32,000 nt of DNA from Candidatus Kuenenia stuttgartensis (GCF_900232105.1 NZ_LT934425.1:1560001-1592000), one strand, 5' to 3'; positions 1-10,666 are shown, counted from the stretch's first letter. Translations and numbers: made by a program. The notes: generated from the sequence alone by a model not told the origin.

Positions 1-885
1 TTTTTCAACCCGAACCTTTGATTCCATAAGGATATCCACTGCTGCAATACATGCCGCCACATCAGGGGAGGTTGCAGCGCTTGAAAAAAGAAAAGGGCGC
101 CCTTTTTGGGACAGATAGTCCGTCAATTTTTTACTCCCCGCTACATAACCACCTACTACTCCAAATGCCTTTGACAGCGTGCCAACCTCGATATCTACTT
201 TCCCCTGCAGTTTAAAATAATCAACAATGCCTCTCCCGCCTTCCCCTAAAACACCCTCGCCATGTGCATCATCAACAATCGTAATGGCATTGAATTCATC
301 CGCAATGTTAACAATTTCCGGCAAGGGAGCGATATCTCCTTCCATGCTGAACACGCCGTCCGTGATTATCAACCGTTTTCCGGCATTACTTTCCTGCGAA
401 ATTTTTCCTCTCAGATCATCAGGGTTACAATGTCCATACCTGATAATTTTTGCCCCGGAAAGGCGGCATCCATCAATAATGCTCGCATGATTCAGTTCAT
501 CAGAAAAAATGACGTCATTTTTGCCAGCAATAGCGGGAATGACTGCCAGGTTTGCGCAAAATCCTGATTGAAAGGAAATGGTGCTCTCCACGTCCTTAAA
601 AAGAGCAAGTTTCCTCTCCAGCTCACAATGCAACACAGTGGTTCCTGAAATTGTCCTTACCGCAGAAGGCCCTACGCCATATGCATCTATCGCCCCCTTC
701 GCAGCAGATTTCAACCGGGGGCTATTCGCAAACCCGAGATAATTATTTGAGCAGAGATTTAACACCTTCTTTCCATCTGCGGTGATCCATGCATCCTGAG
801 GGCCTTCAATGGTTCTTATGTTGACGAAAAGCCCCTCTTCTTCAAGTTTTTCCAGTTCGTCATGAATAAAATTAAGGCGGCTCAT
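1..885 (-). CDS. kbl: Glycine C-acetyltransferase (2-amino-3-ketobutyrate CoA ligase). Start is present; the 3' end runs off the window start.
   Basis: Absent from the ORF track because it is open to the window edge. Manual minus-strand translation from ATG 885..883 gives [59 protein letters not shown]...[15 protein letters not shown]...VGTLSKAFG..., in frame to base 1 (295 codons). This looks like the AONS/Kbl PLP family with the lysine in a TLSKA context. It lies 63 nt downstream of tdh, the classical tdh/kbl pairing. Confidence 0.8.
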   Translation of the reverse strand, partial: MSRLNFIHDELEKLEEEGLFVNIRTIEGPQDAWITADGKKVLNLCSNNYLGFANSPRLKSAAKGAIDAYGVGPSAVRTISGTTVLHCELERKLALFKDVESTISFQSGFCANLAVIPAIAGKNDVIFSDELNHASIIDGCRLSGAKIIRYGHCNPDDLRGKISQESNAGKRLIITDGVFSMEGDIAPLPEIVNIADEFNAITIVDDAHGEGVLGEGGRGIVDYFKLQGKVDIEVGTLSKAFGVVGGYVAGSKKLTDYLSQKGRPFLFSSAATSPDVAACIAAVDILMESKVRVEK

Positions 886-948
886 TACTCCAGAATCCTT
901 TCTTTAACAGTTGCAGGGGTCTTTCAAATCCATGCAAACGGAATGAAA

Positions 949-1983
949 TTACGGCATGACCTGCAAAACAACCTTTCCACACATGCCATCTCTCATTAGC
1001 TGCATGCCCTTTTCGTAATCTTCCAGTAAAAACGTGTGTGTAATAACCGGTCCAGGATCCACCAGCCCGGAAGACAGAAACCTGGACGTCTTATACCACG
1101 TAGAAAATATCTTTCTGCCGGTAATCCCATATATGCGTATTTTTTTAAAAATAACCTCTCTATTCAGATCAATATCAACAGGGGTTTCATATATCCCCAA
1201 AATCGATATTCTTCCACCGGGAGTAAGAGACTTAAGTCCCTGATCAAGCGCCAGTTTATTGCCGGAAAACTCCAGAACCACATCTACGCCATTTCCCTCC
1301 GTCGCTTCCAGCACACAATTCAGGATATCTGTGTTTTTCGGATTCGCCACAATATCCGCACCCATCTTTTTACCGATATCCAGCCGATAATCATTTGGGT
1401 CAGAAACAATAATGAGAGACGCCCCGCATGCCCTTGCTATACCTACGGCAAAGAGACCAATGGGACCTGCCCCCAAAATAAGCACCGTTTTTGAAGATAT
1501 ATCCTCAGACATTACCGTGTCAACAGCATTTCCAAACGGCTCCTGAATTGTCGCCCATTCATCAGGAATACGAGGATCATCTTTCCACAATACATGCTCA
1601 GGCAGGCTAAGGTATTCGGCGAACGTTCCATCGTAATCAATCCCTAACAATTTACTTTTTCTGCATACTTCTCTGTATCCATTCTTGCATTGGTAGCAGT
1701 AGCCGCATGAAATGTGAGTTTCCGCAGAAACCCTCTCCCCAGCTTTAACAAACGTAACCTCCTTCCCAACCTCCTGCACATAACCGGCAAACTCATGGCC
1801 TATAATACGGGGCGGCGTAAAGCGCTGCTGCGCCCAATATGTCCAGTCATCTATATGAACATCCGTTCCGCATATAGAGGCAACCTGAACCTTAATTAAA
1901 ACATCTTTTGGGCCAAGCTTTGGTTCCGGCATCTTTACCAATTCCAGCCCACTGGCACGATTTGCTTTCACTACCGCCTTCAC
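949..1983 (-). CDS. tdh: L-threonine 3-dehydrogenase (Zn-dependent medium-chain dehydrogenase)
   Basis: 344 aa. MKAVVK...GPKDVLIKVQVASICGTDVHIDDW...GHEFAGYV...CGYCYQCKNG (structural Zn Cys cluster)...LILGAGPIGL (Rossmann fold). Adjacent to kbl. Confidence 0.85.
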   Translation of the reverse strand: MKAVVKANRASGLELVKMPEPKLGPKDVLIKVQVASICGTDVHIDDWTYWAQQRFTPPRIIGHEFAGYVQEVGKEVTFVKAGERVSAETHISCGYCYQCKNGYREVCRKSKLLGIDYDGTFAEYLSLPEHVLWKDDPRIPDEWATIQEPFGNAVDTVMSEDISSKTVLILGAGPIGLFAVGIARACGASLIIVSDPNDYRLDIGKKMGADIVANPKNTDILNCVLEATEGNGVDVVLEFSGNKLALDQGLKSLTPGGRISILGIYETPVDIDLNREVIFKKIRIYGITGRKIFSTWYKTSRFLSSGLVDPGPVITHTFLLEDYEKGMQLMRDGMCGKVVLQVMP

Positions 1984-2129
1984 ACAAAAATCCTTTCACA
2001 AGAACCGTATATTTATAACGCAACTACAAGCGGTATTAAGGAAACCTGTCTGCCGCATAATCAGACGTCGGAAGTCAGAATCCGGAGATCAGTCCTCAGA
2101 CTTCTGATTAAATCGATTTGCATTCATAG

Positions 2130-2864
2130 TCATAGACAATATTCATACAACAGCATGGAGGAAACGGCTATTGCGGCAGTCTCAATTCTTAGAGTCGAAC
2201 TTCCCAGAGTTACCGGAATGCAGCCTTTTTCAACGGCACGTTCAATTTCATTATCAGTAAAACCACCCTCAGGGCCTATAAGGCAAACAATCTTTTTTGC
2301 AGAAGGCCTTTCGCGTAATACAGCTTTCAGGGACATTGCATGACGCCTTAAGCATGGCATGAGTGAAAGGTCGTAATCGCATAAAGTTTTCAAAAAATCT
2401 TCTATCGCCACACCAGTCGTAATTTCAGTAAGAATATTCCGTTTGCATTGTTTGGAGGATTCAATGACTATCTTATTCCATCTCTCCCGCTTTTCCGCTG
2501 ACGTTTCTTTTATCGCCACAACGCTCCTTTCACAATGAAGCGGGGTCAAAGTGTGTATCCCCAATTCAGAACATTTTTGGATTAAGATGTCGGAAAATTT
2601 TCCTTTAGGAATAGAAACGGCTATTGTAATTGAGACGTTCGGCTCCCTGTCAACGACCAGGGAACTCTCAATAAATACTTTTAACCTGGCACGTTGCGTT
2701 TCAACAACAACCGCCTTGTATTCAATGCCTTTTCCATCAAAAAGGGTAATTTTGTTTCCCTGTTTTGCTCTTTTGACGTGTAAGATGTGGTGTGCTTCTT
2801 TTCCTTCAATCCAAATCTCTGAATCTATGGAAACATTGGGTATGAAAAACCGATCCTGGTGCAT
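2130..2864 (-). CDS. rsmE: 16S rRNA (uracil1498-N3)-methyltransferase RsmE
   Basis: 244 aa. N-terminal RFFIP...EAHHILHVKRAKQGNKITLFDGKG (PUA-like) and C-terminal LIGPEGGFTDNEI...LGSSTLRIETAAI (SPOUT knot). Its start abuts the stop of the upstream gene (2864/2865). Confidence 0.8.
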   Translation of the reverse strand: MHQDRFFIPNVSIDSEIWIEGKEAHHILHVKRAKQGNKITLFDGKGIEYKAVVVETQRARLKVFIESSLVVDREPNVSITIAVSIPKGKFSDILIQKCSELGIHTLTPLHCERSVVAIKETSAEKRERWNKIVIESSKQCKRNILTEITTGVAIEDFLKTLCDYDLSLMPCLRRHAMSLKAVLRERPSAKKIVCLIGPEGGFTDNEIERAVEKGCIPVTLGSSTLRIETAAIAVSSMLLYEYCL

Positions 2865-3689
2865 TTATTGAGATGAGACCGTTGAGGCGGAACTTAACGC
2901 TCTTGCATAATTTATTATCGTATGGTTGGGGCAGACATCAACACATTTGCCGCATGATGTACACTTTTGATAATCAATTACTGCAAGATTGTTTTGCACA
3001 TGAATTGCGTCATATGGACATTCCTTTTCGCAGCGTTTACAAGCAATGCAGGAATCCTGGCATATTTTCTTTGCAACAGCGCCTTTATCTAAGGATTTAC
3101 ATCTCACATGCACCATTTTTGATTCAGGCAATATACTGATGATCTCCCTTGGGCAAACTTCCGCACATTTTCCACAACCTGTGCAGCGTTCCCTTATTAC
3201 TTTTGGCAAACCGTCCTTCCCCATGTACATAGCTTCAAATTTACATGCTTCAACACAAGTACCTAAGCCCAAACATCCATAATCACAGCCAAAAAAACCG
3301 CCGCTAATAATGTTTGCCGCACGGCAATCCTTTACTCCGTTATAGATAAATTTGTTAGTAACACCTTTTGCATGACACATTACAACGGAAAAAACCCGTT
3401 CCTTATTTTCAAATTCGACCCCCATAATATTGGCAACACGTTCCGCCACGGAAGATTGTCCAACAGTACAGCCTGTAACAGGCGATTTCCCTTCCACTAT
3501 CGCCTGGGCAAAGCCGCCACAACCGGGCTGACCACATGCCCCGCAATTTGCGCCGGGAAGCACCTCGTTAATTCTTTCGATACGGGGATCCACTTTCACG
3601 GCAAAGGTATCCGAGGCAATGGCCAAACCTATGCCAAAGATCATTCCTAATATGCCGAGTGTAATTGTTGCGCTTAAAATTAATTCCAT
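2865..3689 (-). CDS. RnfB/RsxB-like polyferredoxin: N-terminal TM helix, CGACGQPGC Fe-S domain and several 4Fe-4S ferredoxin motifs
   Basis: MELILSATITLGILGMIFGIGLAIA (TM), LPGANCGACGQPGCGGFAQAIVEG (RnfB-type motif), then CTGCGKCAEVCP, CIACKRCEKECP and CTSCGKCVDVCP. The track start at 3740 is a TTG. The ATG at 3689 is preceded by AGGA about 8 nt upstream, so I prefer it. No other rnf genes lie nearby. Confidence 0.6.
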   Translation of the reverse strand: MELILSATITLGILGMIFGIGLAIASDTFAVKVDPRIERINEVLPGANCGACGQPGCGGFAQAIVEGKSPVTGCTVGQSSVAERVANIMGVEFENKERVFSVVMCHAKGVTNKFIYNGVKDCRAANIISGGFFGCDYGCLGLGTCVEACKFEAMYMGKDGLPKVIRERCTGCGKCAEVCPREIISILPESKMVHVRCKSLDKGAVAKKICQDSCIACKRCEKECPYDAIHVQNNLAVIDYQKCTSCGKCVDVCPNHTIINYARALSSASTVSSQ

Positions 3690-3770
3690 TTTTGTATCCT
3701 GTACGTGCTTCGTATTTAATATATTTCTGACTAAAGACAAGTTATGTCTTATAATTATAACAATGTACTG

Positions 3771-5444
3771 TTATGCCATTGTTCCAATCATTTGATGGAT
3801 TGGTTTGCCTGAGGGGACCATCGGAAAAACATTTTCATTAGGGTCGACCCTGAAATCCATGACTACGGGTTGTTTTGTGAAAAATGCTTTTTCCAACGTG
3901 GGACGCACATCCTCTTTCTTTTCTATCAAAAATCCTTTCGCTCCATACGATTCCGCCAACTTTACGAAATCCGGATTCCCGTTTAAACTTACACTGGAGT
4001 AACGTTTATCGTAAAATAACTCCTGCCATTGCCGTACCATACCAAGGTACCCGTTATTAAGGATAACAATCTTTACCGGAATATTCAACCGAACCACGGT
4101 GCTCAGTTCCTGAATATTCATCTGGATACTGCCATCCCCTGCAATATCCACCACAATTTTATCCGGGCATCCCAATTGCGCTCCAATTGCCGCAGGAAAT
4201 CCGTATCCCATTGTACCCAATCCCCCGGATGAAAGGAATGTTCGCGGCTTAGTATATGTATAATACTGTGCCGCCCACATCTGATTCTGTCCAACTTCCG
4301 TGGTTATAATTGCCTCACCATTCGTTGCTTCATATATTTGTTCTATCACATACTGAGGCTTTATAAGATCTCCACTATTATTATATGTTAATGGATTTTG
4401 TTCTTTCCATTGCTTGATTTTATCGAACCATTCTCTTCTCTCGACAAAACTGATATGTTTATTAAGTTCTCTCAAGGTATTTTGGGCGTACCCCACAACC
4501 GGTATATCTACCTTGATATTTTTACTTATGGAAGAAGGGTCTATGTCAATGTGGATAATTTTTGCGTTTGGTGCAAATTCATCAATTTTACCCGTGATAC
4601 GGTCGTCAAACCGCGCACCAATTGCAATCAATATATCACATGTCGTAACTGCAAAATTCGCATACGCAGTCCCGTGCATTCCCAGCATACCCAAAGATAA
4701 ATTATGATTTTCCGGAAAGCCCCCAAGACCCATAAGGGTTGTGGTGACGGGGATATTCCCTTTTTCCGCAAGTTCCAATAATTCCTTTGCGCTATCTGAA
4801 GCAATAATGCCGCCACCTGTATACAATACAGGGCGCCTTGCATTATTAATTACCTCTGCGGCAATTTTTATCTGACGGATATTACCTTCATACGTGGGTT
4901 TGTATCCTGGCAAATCTATTTCCGGAGGTATTATTTCTTCACATTCAGCCATAGTAACATCTACGGGCAAATCTATTAATACGGGACCTTGTCTGCCGGA
5001 ATTTGCCAAATAAAATGCTTCTTTTACTACTCTTGCTAAATCTTTAACATCCTTAACTAAATAGCTGTGTTTTGTTATGGGGCGGGTTATTCCAATAATA
5101 TCAACTTCCTGGAAGGCGTCATTACCGATAAGAAATGTTTTTACCTGTCCCGTCAAAGCAACCATCGGAACGGAATCCATGTATGCCGTTGCTATAGCAG
5201 TTGTTAAGTTTGTAGCGCCAGGGCCTGAGGTCGCCAAACATACACCTACTTTGCCTGTTGCCCTCGCAAATCCATCCGCCGCATGGCCTGCGCCCTGCTC
5301 ATGTCTCGTTAAAATAAATTTAATCTGCGATTCATATAATGCGTCAAACAAAGGAAGAACAGCGCCGCCTGGAATGCCAAACACGTATTCTACCCCTTCC
5401 CGTATCAATGCATTTATTAGAATGTGAGAACCTGTTTTAATCAT
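3771..5444 (-). CDS. ilvB: Acetolactate synthase (acetohydroxyacid synthase) large subunit, ThDP-dependent
   Basis: [32 protein letters not shown]...[34 protein letters not shown]...[17 protein letters not shown]...[14 protein letters not shown]. The track start at 5468 is a GTG. The ATG at 5444 (MIKTGS...) gives the usual N-terminus, but the start remains ambiguous. Confidence 0.85.
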   Translation of the reverse strand: MIKTGSHILINALIREGVEYVFGIPGGAVLPLFDALYESQIKFILTRHEQGAGHAADGFARATGKVGVCLATSGPGATNLTTAIATAYMDSVPMVALTGQVKTFLIGNDAFQEVDIIGITRPITKHSYLVKDVKDLARVVKEAFYLANSGRQGPVLIDLPVDVTMAECEEIIPPEIDLPGYKPTYEGNIRQIKIAAEVINNARRPVLYTGGGIIASDSAKELLELAEKGNIPVTTTLMGLGGFPENHNLSLGMLGMHGTAYANFAVTTCDILIAIGARFDDRITGKIDEFAPNAKIIHIDIDPSSISKNIKVDIPVVGYAQNTLRELNKHISFVERREWFDKIKQWKEQNPLTYNNSGDLIKPQYVIEQIYEATNGEAIITTEVGQNQMWAAQYYTYTKPRTFLSSGGLGTMGYGFPAAIGAQLGCPDKIVVDIAGDGSIQMNIQELSTVVRLNIPVKIVILNNGYLGMVRQWQELFYDKRYSSVSLNGNPDFVKLAESYGAKGFLIEKKEDVRPTLEKAFFTKQPVVMDFRVDPNENVFPMVPSGKPIHQMIGTMA

Positions 5445-5642
5445 TGGTTTTTGTAAAAGATAACACAAAAGTTTAAAGCAAACATAAGAACACCTTCAGA
5501 AAACACACTTTCGCGTTCTATTTCTTTACGGTATGTTCAAAGAGGTATGTTTAAATTGAACAGCAAGAAGTCAATTGATGTGAAAATATTGAGTTGTGAA
5601 CTCTTATATTTCTATCCGTAAGGTTTTACTACTTTGCAGACC

Positions 5643-6098
5643 TCATACATCTTCGCTATCAAAATCGCTGGAATCCAAATCATCCATATCTTCATATTTT
5701 GGAGGCTTGTAACCTGGCAGTTTAGACCTTTCCACTTCTTCTTTATAGGCGGCAAGAACTTTTTCCTGTATTTCTTCTCTGCATTTTGAATTTATCGGAT
5801 GTGCGGTATCTGCATGTAATTTTAACCTTCCCGCACCCTTTGATGCCCGCTTTTCATCTAGTCTTGTACCACAATCGTTACAGTATTGAGACATAAGGTG
5901 GTTTTTCCCGCCACAACCCGGGCATCGGTCTGTAAGCTTTCTGCTTGGCATTGCCACAAAAGCCCCTTTATGCCCCTCGATAACCTTCAGATCTCTAACA
6001 ACAAAATCGTTATCAATTGTAATGCTGCAAAACGCTTGTAATCTGTTTTTTTTCGCTTCGGTCAGCTTCACCCTAACTTCAGTTATATTCACGGCCAT
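5643..6098 (-). CDS. spoVG: SpoVG-family protein with an inserted 4-Cys zinc-ribbon and an acidic C-terminal tail
   Basis: MAVNITEVRVKL...LQAFCSITIDNDFVVRDLKVIEGHKGAFVAMPSRK...AHPINSKCREEIQEKVL matches the SpoVG core. CPGC...CNDC is inserted between the MPSRK and AHPIN blocks. The tail reads EDMDDLDSSDFDSEDV. Confidence 0.75.
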   Translation of the reverse strand: MAVNITEVRVKLTEAKKNRLQAFCSITIDNDFVVRDLKVIEGHKGAFVAMPSRKLTDRCPGCGGKNHLMSQYCNDCGTRLDEKRASKGAGRLKLHADTAHPINSKCREEIQEKVLAAYKEEVERSKLPGYKPPKYEDMDDLDSSDFDSEDV

Positions 6099-6110
6099 CC
6101 CCTTTCCTGT

Positions 6111-6998
6111 TCACTTAGTTATGCCTTCGAAATCACTGGCTACCACAAAAACATCACCAATACCAAACGTTTTTAATTTTTGTCCTATATTATTTGCATC
6201 ACTTCCACTTCTGCATAATCCATACACTGCAGAACCACTTCCAGATAAAAGCACTCCACAAAAATCAAATTTTCTAAATTTCTGTCTAATTTCTTCAAGT
6301 TGAGGATAGAGCTTAAAAACGACGTCTTCTAATCGATTGTGCAAATACTTCCCCAGCAGAGTAGCATCGTCTGCCTCTAAGAAACGCAAGGTGAAACTAA
6401 CATCTTTCAAATTTTTTGTCAAGCCAATTTTGAAATTTTTATATATGGTAGCAGTACTTACCTCAAAGCCCGGATACACTATTACATAATGATATATTAC
6501 ACGGGATGGGAATGGCTGAATAATTTCCCCCCTTCCTCTGCAAACAGCAGTATTCTCGCCTATAAAAAAAGGGACATCGGAACCAAGCCTGCTTGCAAAC
6601 AACATTAATTTTTCACTATCATACCCAAGCCGCCACATCTTATTTATGCCGATTAAAGTGGCTGCAGCGTCACTACTCCCGCCGCCAAGACCTGCCCCCA
6701 CCGGTATATTTTTTTCTAAAAATATCTTTACCCCTCTGGAAATACCCGATTCTTTTTGCAACAATCGCACCGCTTTAATAATCAGGTTATTTTCACCCGT
6801 TTCAAGTCCTGGATTTGAACAACTGAATTCCAAACCTTCATTATCTTCCAAATAAAGGTAATCGTATAAACACACCTTTTGCATAACGGTTTCGATTTCA
6901 TGATATCCATCTGGACGTTTCCCTAAAATCTCAAGGAACAAATTGATTTTTGCTGGTGCTGCAATTTTTAATTTCCCCCGATCTTCCCAAAACTTCAT
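6111..6998 (-). CDS. ispE: 4-diphosphocytidyl-2-C-methyl-D-erythritol kinase (MEP pathway)
   Basis: 295 aa. APAKINLFLEILGKRPDGYHEIETVM...KNIPVGAGLGGGSSDAAA (GHMP kinase motif). Its start overlaps the rsmD stop by 4 nt (ATGA). Confidence 0.85.
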   Translation of the reverse strand: MKFWEDRGKLKIAAPAKINLFLEILGKRPDGYHEIETVMQKVCLYDYLYLEDNEGLEFSCSNPGLETGENNLIIKAVRLLQKESGISRGVKIFLEKNIPVGAGLGGGSSDAAATLIGINKMWRLGYDSEKLMLFASRLGSDVPFFIGENTAVCRGRGEIIQPFPSRVIYHYVIVYPGFEVSTATIYKNFKIGLTKNLKDVSFTLRFLEADDATLLGKYLHNRLEDVVFKLYPQLEEIRQKFRKFDFCGVLLSGSGSAVYGLCRSGSDANNIGQKLKTFGIGDVFVVASDFEGITK

Positions 6999-7591
6999 GA
7001 CATGTTTCCCACTGTGATTTTTTTTTCGAAAAAAGATATTTGTGTTTCTCTATAACTTCTAGTATCGTACAACTTTAAAAACGAAGCACCTGGAGGTATC
7101 TCCAGCGTTATCTTTCTATGTTGAAACACAACAATTCCTCCCGGACACACAATGTCTTTTTCGAATAATATTGACAAGAGCATCAGCAATTTTTCTCTAT
7201 AAGAACTGTTGTCGGCGAGGGGGTATGGCGGACAGGCAAAAACAATATCAATCCCGTCGGTATTCTGCTCCAGAAAGGGGATGGTTTTAAGCACATCACA
7301 TCTTACGGTTACCGACTTGTTAAGCAGTTTTGTTGCGCTGATGTTTTTTTTTATCGACTGGATTGCAAACGTGCCATTCTCCACAAACAAACATGATTTA
7401 GCACCCCTGCTTAATGCCTCTATTCCAACAGCCCCCGTACCGGCATATAAATCCAGCACACGACTGTCCGGGATGATCTCCGCCAATATGTTAAACAGTG
7501 ATTCTTTCACATTATCCGGTATTGGCCTTGTTTTGTTCCCCTTAGGAGAACAAAGCAAAATACCCTTTGCACTTCCCGCAATTACACGCAC
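6995..7591 (-). CDS. rsmD: 16S rRNA (guanine966-N2)-methyltransferase RsmD
   Basis: 198 aa. MRVIAGSAKG...TRPIPDNVKESLFNIL...VLDLYAGTGAVGIEALSRGA...VFACPPY (DPPY-like N-methyltransferase motif). Confidence 0.8.
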   Translation of the reverse strand: MRVIAGSAKGILLCSPKGNKTRPIPDNVKESLFNILAEIIPDSRVLDLYAGTGAVGIEALSRGAKSCLFVENGTFAIQSIKKNISATKLLNKSVTVRCDVLKTIPFLEQNTDGIDIVFACPPYPLADNSSYREKLLMLLSILFEKDIVCPGGIVVFQHRKITLEIPPGASFLKLYDTRSYRETQISFFEKKITVGNMS

Positions 7592-7973
7592 AATTTTGTA
7601 TCAGACTCTCTCTTATTATTAATACATTGATAAAAAACAAACGACGACACAAAAACCTTCTGTTTATTCACAACATTGCCCACTTTTAGAAAACCTTTAT
7701 ATGAAATAACTAATGCTTTCAAACCTCAGCCATCCCCGGGCTAACACCATACAACCCCTGATAAATTTACCCCCATAATCACAAACTGATTTTAGAAATT
7801 TAAGCATTCAACTATGGCTTAAAATTGTAATATTCTTTAAATACTTTCCGGAAAATATTTATTTTGTTATATCTCCTTCCAAATACGAACAAGCAACCCA
7901 TGTTGTTTTATAAAAATCTCTAGCGCACAAATGGTACGTATATATTAGTCCCAAGTCAAATACAAATTCCGTA

Positions 7974-8002
7974 TTGACACATTTAATAGTTTTTTGTAAT
8001 AT
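7974..8002 (+). promoter_or_regulatory. Candidate sigma-70-type promoter upstream of prfB
   Basis: TTGACA (7974-7979), a 17-nt spacer, then TAATAT (7997-8002). It sits in the 644-bp AT-rich divergent spacer, about 230 nt upstream of the prfB ATG. This is a pattern match only. Confidence 0.3.
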
Positions 8003-8235
8003 TCATGCTTATATATCGGATATTTATCAGACATTACCGATACTATTTCACGATAAAAATATCTTCATAAAACTCACAAATAAAACAAATTCTATTTCCG
8101 TCCGGAATTTTTAAATAATGGTTTTTATATTCAAGATTACCTCTTAAAATTATTAATTCTCTCTTTTGTTGATTTCACACCAAAAATGCCCTTTTTGGAA
8201 TCTTATAACTTTTTAAACAAAGAAACAGGAAAAAA

Positions 8236-9382
8236 ATGACCGAAAATATCAGAAAAGATCTCCCTAACCTTCGTGAACGTCTCATTAACATAAAGGACTC
8301 TCTTTGATGTAGTAAGCAAAGAAAAGGAGCTAATCGAACTTGAAAACAAACTATCTTTTCCGGGATTTTGGGAAAACAAAGATAAGGCGCAGCAGATTAT
8401 TAATAAATTAAAAACTCTCAAAGGAATTGTTTTGCCTCTGCAGGAATTACAAAAAACTTACGAAGAGATAGAATTTCTGGTTGACCTTATGGACGAAGAA
8501 AGCGATGAAAGAACAACAGCGGAGATAGTTGGGGATATTGCATTATTTACACAAAAACTTGAAAAACTCGAGCTACATACAATGCTTGGCGAAGCCCATG
8601 ACCATTGCAATGCTTACCTGAGTATTTACGCCGGGGCCGGAGGAACAGAATCATGTGATTGGGTTTCAATGCTTTTTCGTATGTATTCACGCTGGGCAGA
8701 AAAAAATGGTCACACACTCTCTCTCATTGATTCACTCGCGGGGGAAGAAGCCGGATTAAAAAGAATTACCGTTCTCATCGAAGGCGAATATGTTTATGGG
8801 CATTTAAAATCTGAAATTGGTGTACACCGTTTAGTAAGAATTTCTCCATTTGATTCCAATGCCAGAAGACATACTTCGTTTGCTGCTGTTGATGTACTGC
8901 CGGAAATAGAAGAGGAAGAGGAAATAGAAATAAACGACAATGAATTACAGGTAGATACATACCGTTCATCAGGGGCGGGTGGGCAGCATGTAAATAAAAC
9001 ATCTTCTGCGGTTCGTATTACTCATTTGCCTACCGGAATTGTAATAGCATGCCAAAGTGAACGCTCACAGCATCAAAACCGAAGACGAGCAATCAACATG
9101 TTAAAAGCAAAGATATATCAAATAAAGGAGAAAGAAAAGGAAAGGGAATTATCTGCAGCCTATGACGAAAAAGGTGAAATCGCCTGGGGAAACCAGATAC
9201 GATCATATGTATTACAACCGTACTCGCTCGTTAAAGATTTAAGAACTGGCAAGGAAAGTGGTAATACACAGGCAATGTTAGATGGTGAAATAGAGGGGTT
9301 TATTGAAGCTTATTTAAAATGGAAAATGGCAAAATCAAATTTATTAACAAAAACGAGGAATTATGACAACGTTAAAACATGA
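8236..9382 (+). CDS. prfB: Peptide chain release factor 2, made by a programmed +1 frameshift (frame-0 codons 8236-8304 joined to 8306-9382)
   Basis: Frame 0 reads ATG 8236 [23 protein letters not shown], then in-frame TGA at 8305-8307. Shifting +1 after CTT gives [49 protein letters not shown]..., which runs straight into the track ORF 8432..9382 (same frame as 8306). The SPF tripeptide (RISPFDS) and GGQ ([10 protein letters not shown]) are both present. Confidence 0.9.
8293..8308 (+). promoter_or_regulatory. RF2 autoregulatory +1 frameshift site (SD-like AAGGA, slippery CTT, TGA stop)
   Basis: The sequence is AAGGAC TCT CTT TGA T. It has the same CUU-UGA architecture as the E. coli prfB site, with an internal Shine-Dalgarno-like AAGGA a few nt upstream. 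Confidence 0.85.
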
Positions 9383-10622
9383 CGACCCGGAAGTCTGGAA
9401 TGCCATACAGGAAGAAGCAAAAAGGCAACAGGAAACAATTGATTTAATCGCATCAGAAAATATATGCAGCCTTGCCGTACAAGAAGCACAAGGCTCTCTC
9501 ATGACCAACAAATATGCTGAGGGATATGTTAACAAACGATGGTATGCAGGATGTGCGAATGTAGATACCGTAGAGCATTTGGCCGTGCAAAGGGCAAAGC
9601 AGATATTTGGCGCTGAACATGCTAATGTACAGCCAAATGCAGGTTCGCAGGCAAATATGGCGGTATGTTTTGCCGTACTAAAGCCGGGAGACCGGGTACT
9701 GGGCATGGATCTCTCACATGGCGGACACTTAACTCACGGCTTTAAAAAGAATTTTTCCGGGATGATGTACGAAATATCCCACTATGGTGTAAAAAGAGAA
9801 ACCGGCTGCATAGATTATGATGAGTTGCGCAACATCGCTCTTGCATTTAAGCCAAAACTCATTATTGCCGGGGCAAGCGCTTATCCGCGAATTATTGACT
9901 TTAAAAAATTCAGGGCTGTTGCAGATGAAGTCGGCGCTTATTTTATGGCAGATATCGCGCATATCGCAGGCCTGATTGCGGCAGGCGTTCATCCTTCTCC
10001 GGTTCCTTTTGCCGATTTTGTTACCACAACAACCCACAAAACATTACGCGGGCCTAGAGGAGGTCTTATTTTGTGCAAATCCAAATATGCAAAACAGATT
10101 GACGCAATGGTGTTTCCCGGAATCCAGGGAGGCCCTTTTATGCATAGTATCGCTGCAAAGGCAGTAGCCTTTAAGGAAGCGATGTCTGAAGAATTTAAAA
10201 AATGCCAGCAACAAACAGTTAAAAATGCACAAGCCATGGCCAATGAATTTGTTAAAAAGGGATACGACATAGTTTCCGGCGGTACGGATAATCACTTATT
10301 TCTCGTTGATTTACGCAACAAGAATATCACCGGCAAAGAAGCGCAAATACTGCTTGAAACTGTTAATATAGTACTGAACAGAAACACTGTTCCTTATGAT
10401 GAAAGAGGCGCAAATGAACCGAGCGGTATTCGTATCGGAACGCCGACAATTGCTTCCAGAGGAATGGATGAAAAGGATTCGGTAAAGATTGCGGAATGCA
10501 TTGACAAAATTTTATCCCGTCCACACAATGACCAGGCAAAAAGGGATGTTAAAAACATAGTAAAAGATTTATGCGCTGCTTATCCATTGCACGAATCAGG
10601 TGCTTGCCCGTCTACAAAATAA
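9363..10622 (+). CDS. glyA: Serine hydroxymethyltransferase
   Basis: 419 aa. IDLIASENI...NKYAEGY...RWYAGC...[15 protein letters not shown] (PLP-lysine motif). Its start overlaps the prfB 3' end by 20 nt. Confidence 0.95.
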   Translation: MTTLKHDDPEVWNAIQEEAKRQQETIDLIASENICSLAVQEAQGSLMTNKYAEGYVNKRWYAGCANVDTVEHLAVQRAKQIFGAEHANVQPNAGSQANMAVCFAVLKPGDRVLGMDLSHGGHLTHGFKKNFSGMMYEISHYGVKRETGCIDYDELRNIALAFKPKLIIAGASAYPRIIDFKKFRAVADEVGAYFMADIAHIAGLIAAGVHPSPVPFADFVTTTTHKTLRGPRGGLILCKSKYAKQIDAMVFPGIQGGPFMHSIAAKAVAFKEAMSEEFKKCQQQTVKNAQAMANEFVKKGYDIVSGGTDNHLFLVDLRNKNITGKEAQILLETVNIVLNRNTVPYDERGANEPSGIRIGTPTIASRGMDEKDSVKIAECIDKILSRPHNDQAKRDVKNIVKDLCAAYPLHESGACPSTK

Positions 10623-10666
10623 AGATTAATGTACACATTAGTTTTTATTTACAAACTATCTTATGC

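Noticed and set aside
2050-2100. Imperfect inverted repeat (GAAGTC...GACTTC) between rsmE and tdh as a terminator
   Set aside because: The stem is only 6 bp with a long loop, and no U-tract follows on the transcribed strand.
3771-5444. Absence of an adjacent ilvN small-subunit gene as an anomaly
   Set aside because: ilvB and ilvN are not universally adjacent, and this cannot be evaluated without the rest of the genome.
8203-8421. 72-aa minus-strand ORF in the prfB upstream region
   Set aside because: It lies antisense to the true 5' part of prfB (8236-8432), has low-complexity composition and has no RBS. It is a shadow ORF.
9344-10295. Several 80-120-aa minus-strand ORFs opposite glyA
   Set aside because: They are antisense shadows of a strongly supported gene, and their Cys/Arg-rich composition is unlike a real protein.
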